In this document: positions 62,765 through 64,000 of the stretch, one piece after another
Numbering within the stretch: position 1 is the stretch's first letter
How the letters are laid out: each line of letters begins with the position of its first letter
NCBI RefSeq assembly: GCF_004010195.1
Contig: NC_057758.1
Location: 3,773,428 to 3,837,427 of the forward strand
DNA length: 64,000 nucleotides
Source of the DNA: Chiloscyllium plagiosum
Taxonomy: Eukaryota
Reading direction: 5' to 3'
Position numbers and translations under genes: made by a program
Notes under the pieces: model-generated
The model's input: only the letters and a program-made list of their open reading frames with translations
Told to the model about the DNA's origin: nothing
The model's database searches: none

Positions 62765-64000
62765 AAAGCAGAGGAAAAGCGTCGTGTTTTTTGGTCGGAA
62801 TGGGTTTGTCCTGCTTTTATGTCCAGGGCAGAGAGTCCACATTGACAAATGGATGCCTGTATTATAATGCACTGGAACAGCTTGGCGAGGGATGCTGGAC
62901 GTTCAGGAGCACAAACCTTCAGTATTATTGCCGTAATTTTGCCCGGGTCCGTAGACTTTGCAGCATCCGGTACCTCCAAACATTTTTGAAATCACGTGGA
63001 ATGAATATGATTGACAGAAGATTTTATTTTGTATAATGATGACGACCATCGGAGGAGCCCTAGATGAATCATCCACTCTGCACTTCTGGATAAAGTTTGC
63101 AGTGCAAGATTCATCCTTACCTTTTGCACTGATGAACTGAACTATTCCATTATTGATGACGGGGATATCGGTAGAGCTTCCTTCTCCAGTAAGAAGTTTA
63201 ATTTCATACCACTGGATATGCAGGGCTGCAGAGATTCAACCTTATCCCTTTGTTGTGGGCTCGTTTGGCTATGTCTATCACTAGTTGCTTATTTTGCTTG
63301 ACGTGCACGTCGTCATATTTGTTGGTTTCATAAGGTTGACACCTCACCTTCAGGTGTGCCCTTTTCTGCTCCTGATATGCACGCCTGAAATCTTCATTGA
63401 TCCAGGGATGCTTACCCAGTCTTAATGGTAATGGTTGACTGGGGGATATGATGGTCCATGAGGTTACAGCTTCTGCTGGAGTACAATTGTTGTACTGTTG
63501 TTGGCCTTCAGCGCTTCGTAGATACCGAGCCTTGTATTGCCAGATCTTTCTTTAGTCTTTCCCACACAGTAAGGTGACAGTGCAAACAGCACAACAGGGG
63601 TTATATTCAAAACGAAGGTAGGGCACCGTCTCCACAAGGACTGTAAGGAGGCTGCTCTTACCGATACTGCCATGGACAGATGCATCTGCACCTGTCAGAT
63701 TGGTAAGGATAAGATAACGTCTTTTCTTCCCATGGTTGGTTCAGTTGCCATCTACCATATGTTCATTTGTACCAGACCCGCTCGATCAGTCGTAATGCTA
63801 CCGTGCCACCCTTGGTGGTGGAAATTGAAGTAGCCACCCAGAGCACAATTTGTGTCTTTATAATCCAAAAAGTTTCCTCTAATTGTTGCACAACAGAAAG
63901 GAGTATCAATTTATCCATTAATTGAAGGTTTCTTTGCCCTTGTATAACTTGAAAATACGAGAATTCACTGAGTACAGATTCAATGCCGAGGACTCCCTAA
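62765..64000 (-). mobile_element. Degenerate LINE (second CR1-group family)
   Basis: DAAKSTDPGKITAIILKVCAPERPASLAKLFQC remnant and endonuclease remnants further 5'. Confidence 0.7.

Overview
Eukaryotic, repeat-dominated vertebrate DNA, most likely elasmobranch (shark), inferred from HE1-like V-SINEs and abundant CR1/HER1-type LINE fragments. It has four assembly gaps. Most of the window is decayed retroelement sequence: many CR1-type fragments on both strands, a Rex1/Babar-like LINE, a near full-length degenerate L1-clade element (13.6-19.2 kb), and two families of Penelope-like elements (PLEs) whose ends carry minimal hammerhead-ribozyme cores. Host-derived sequence includes a frameshifted C2H2 zinc-finger pseudogene, split in its last finger by a young CR1 insertion, and two promoter-like motif clusters. 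The main finding is missed by the ORF track: an intact phase-1 terminal exon at 47777-47907 (+) encoding a six-cysteine beta-defensin-like peptide (C-X6-C-X4-C-X11-C-X5-CC), followed by a poly(A) signal. Its leader exon is not identified with certainty. Other hidden structure includes a degenerate nine-unit ~54-bp tandem array derived from a SINE core, a 646-bp tandem duplication, and short fold-back PLE insertions with 16-17 bp target-site duplications (TSDs). All calls were made by eye, no searches were run, and repeat boundaries are approximate.
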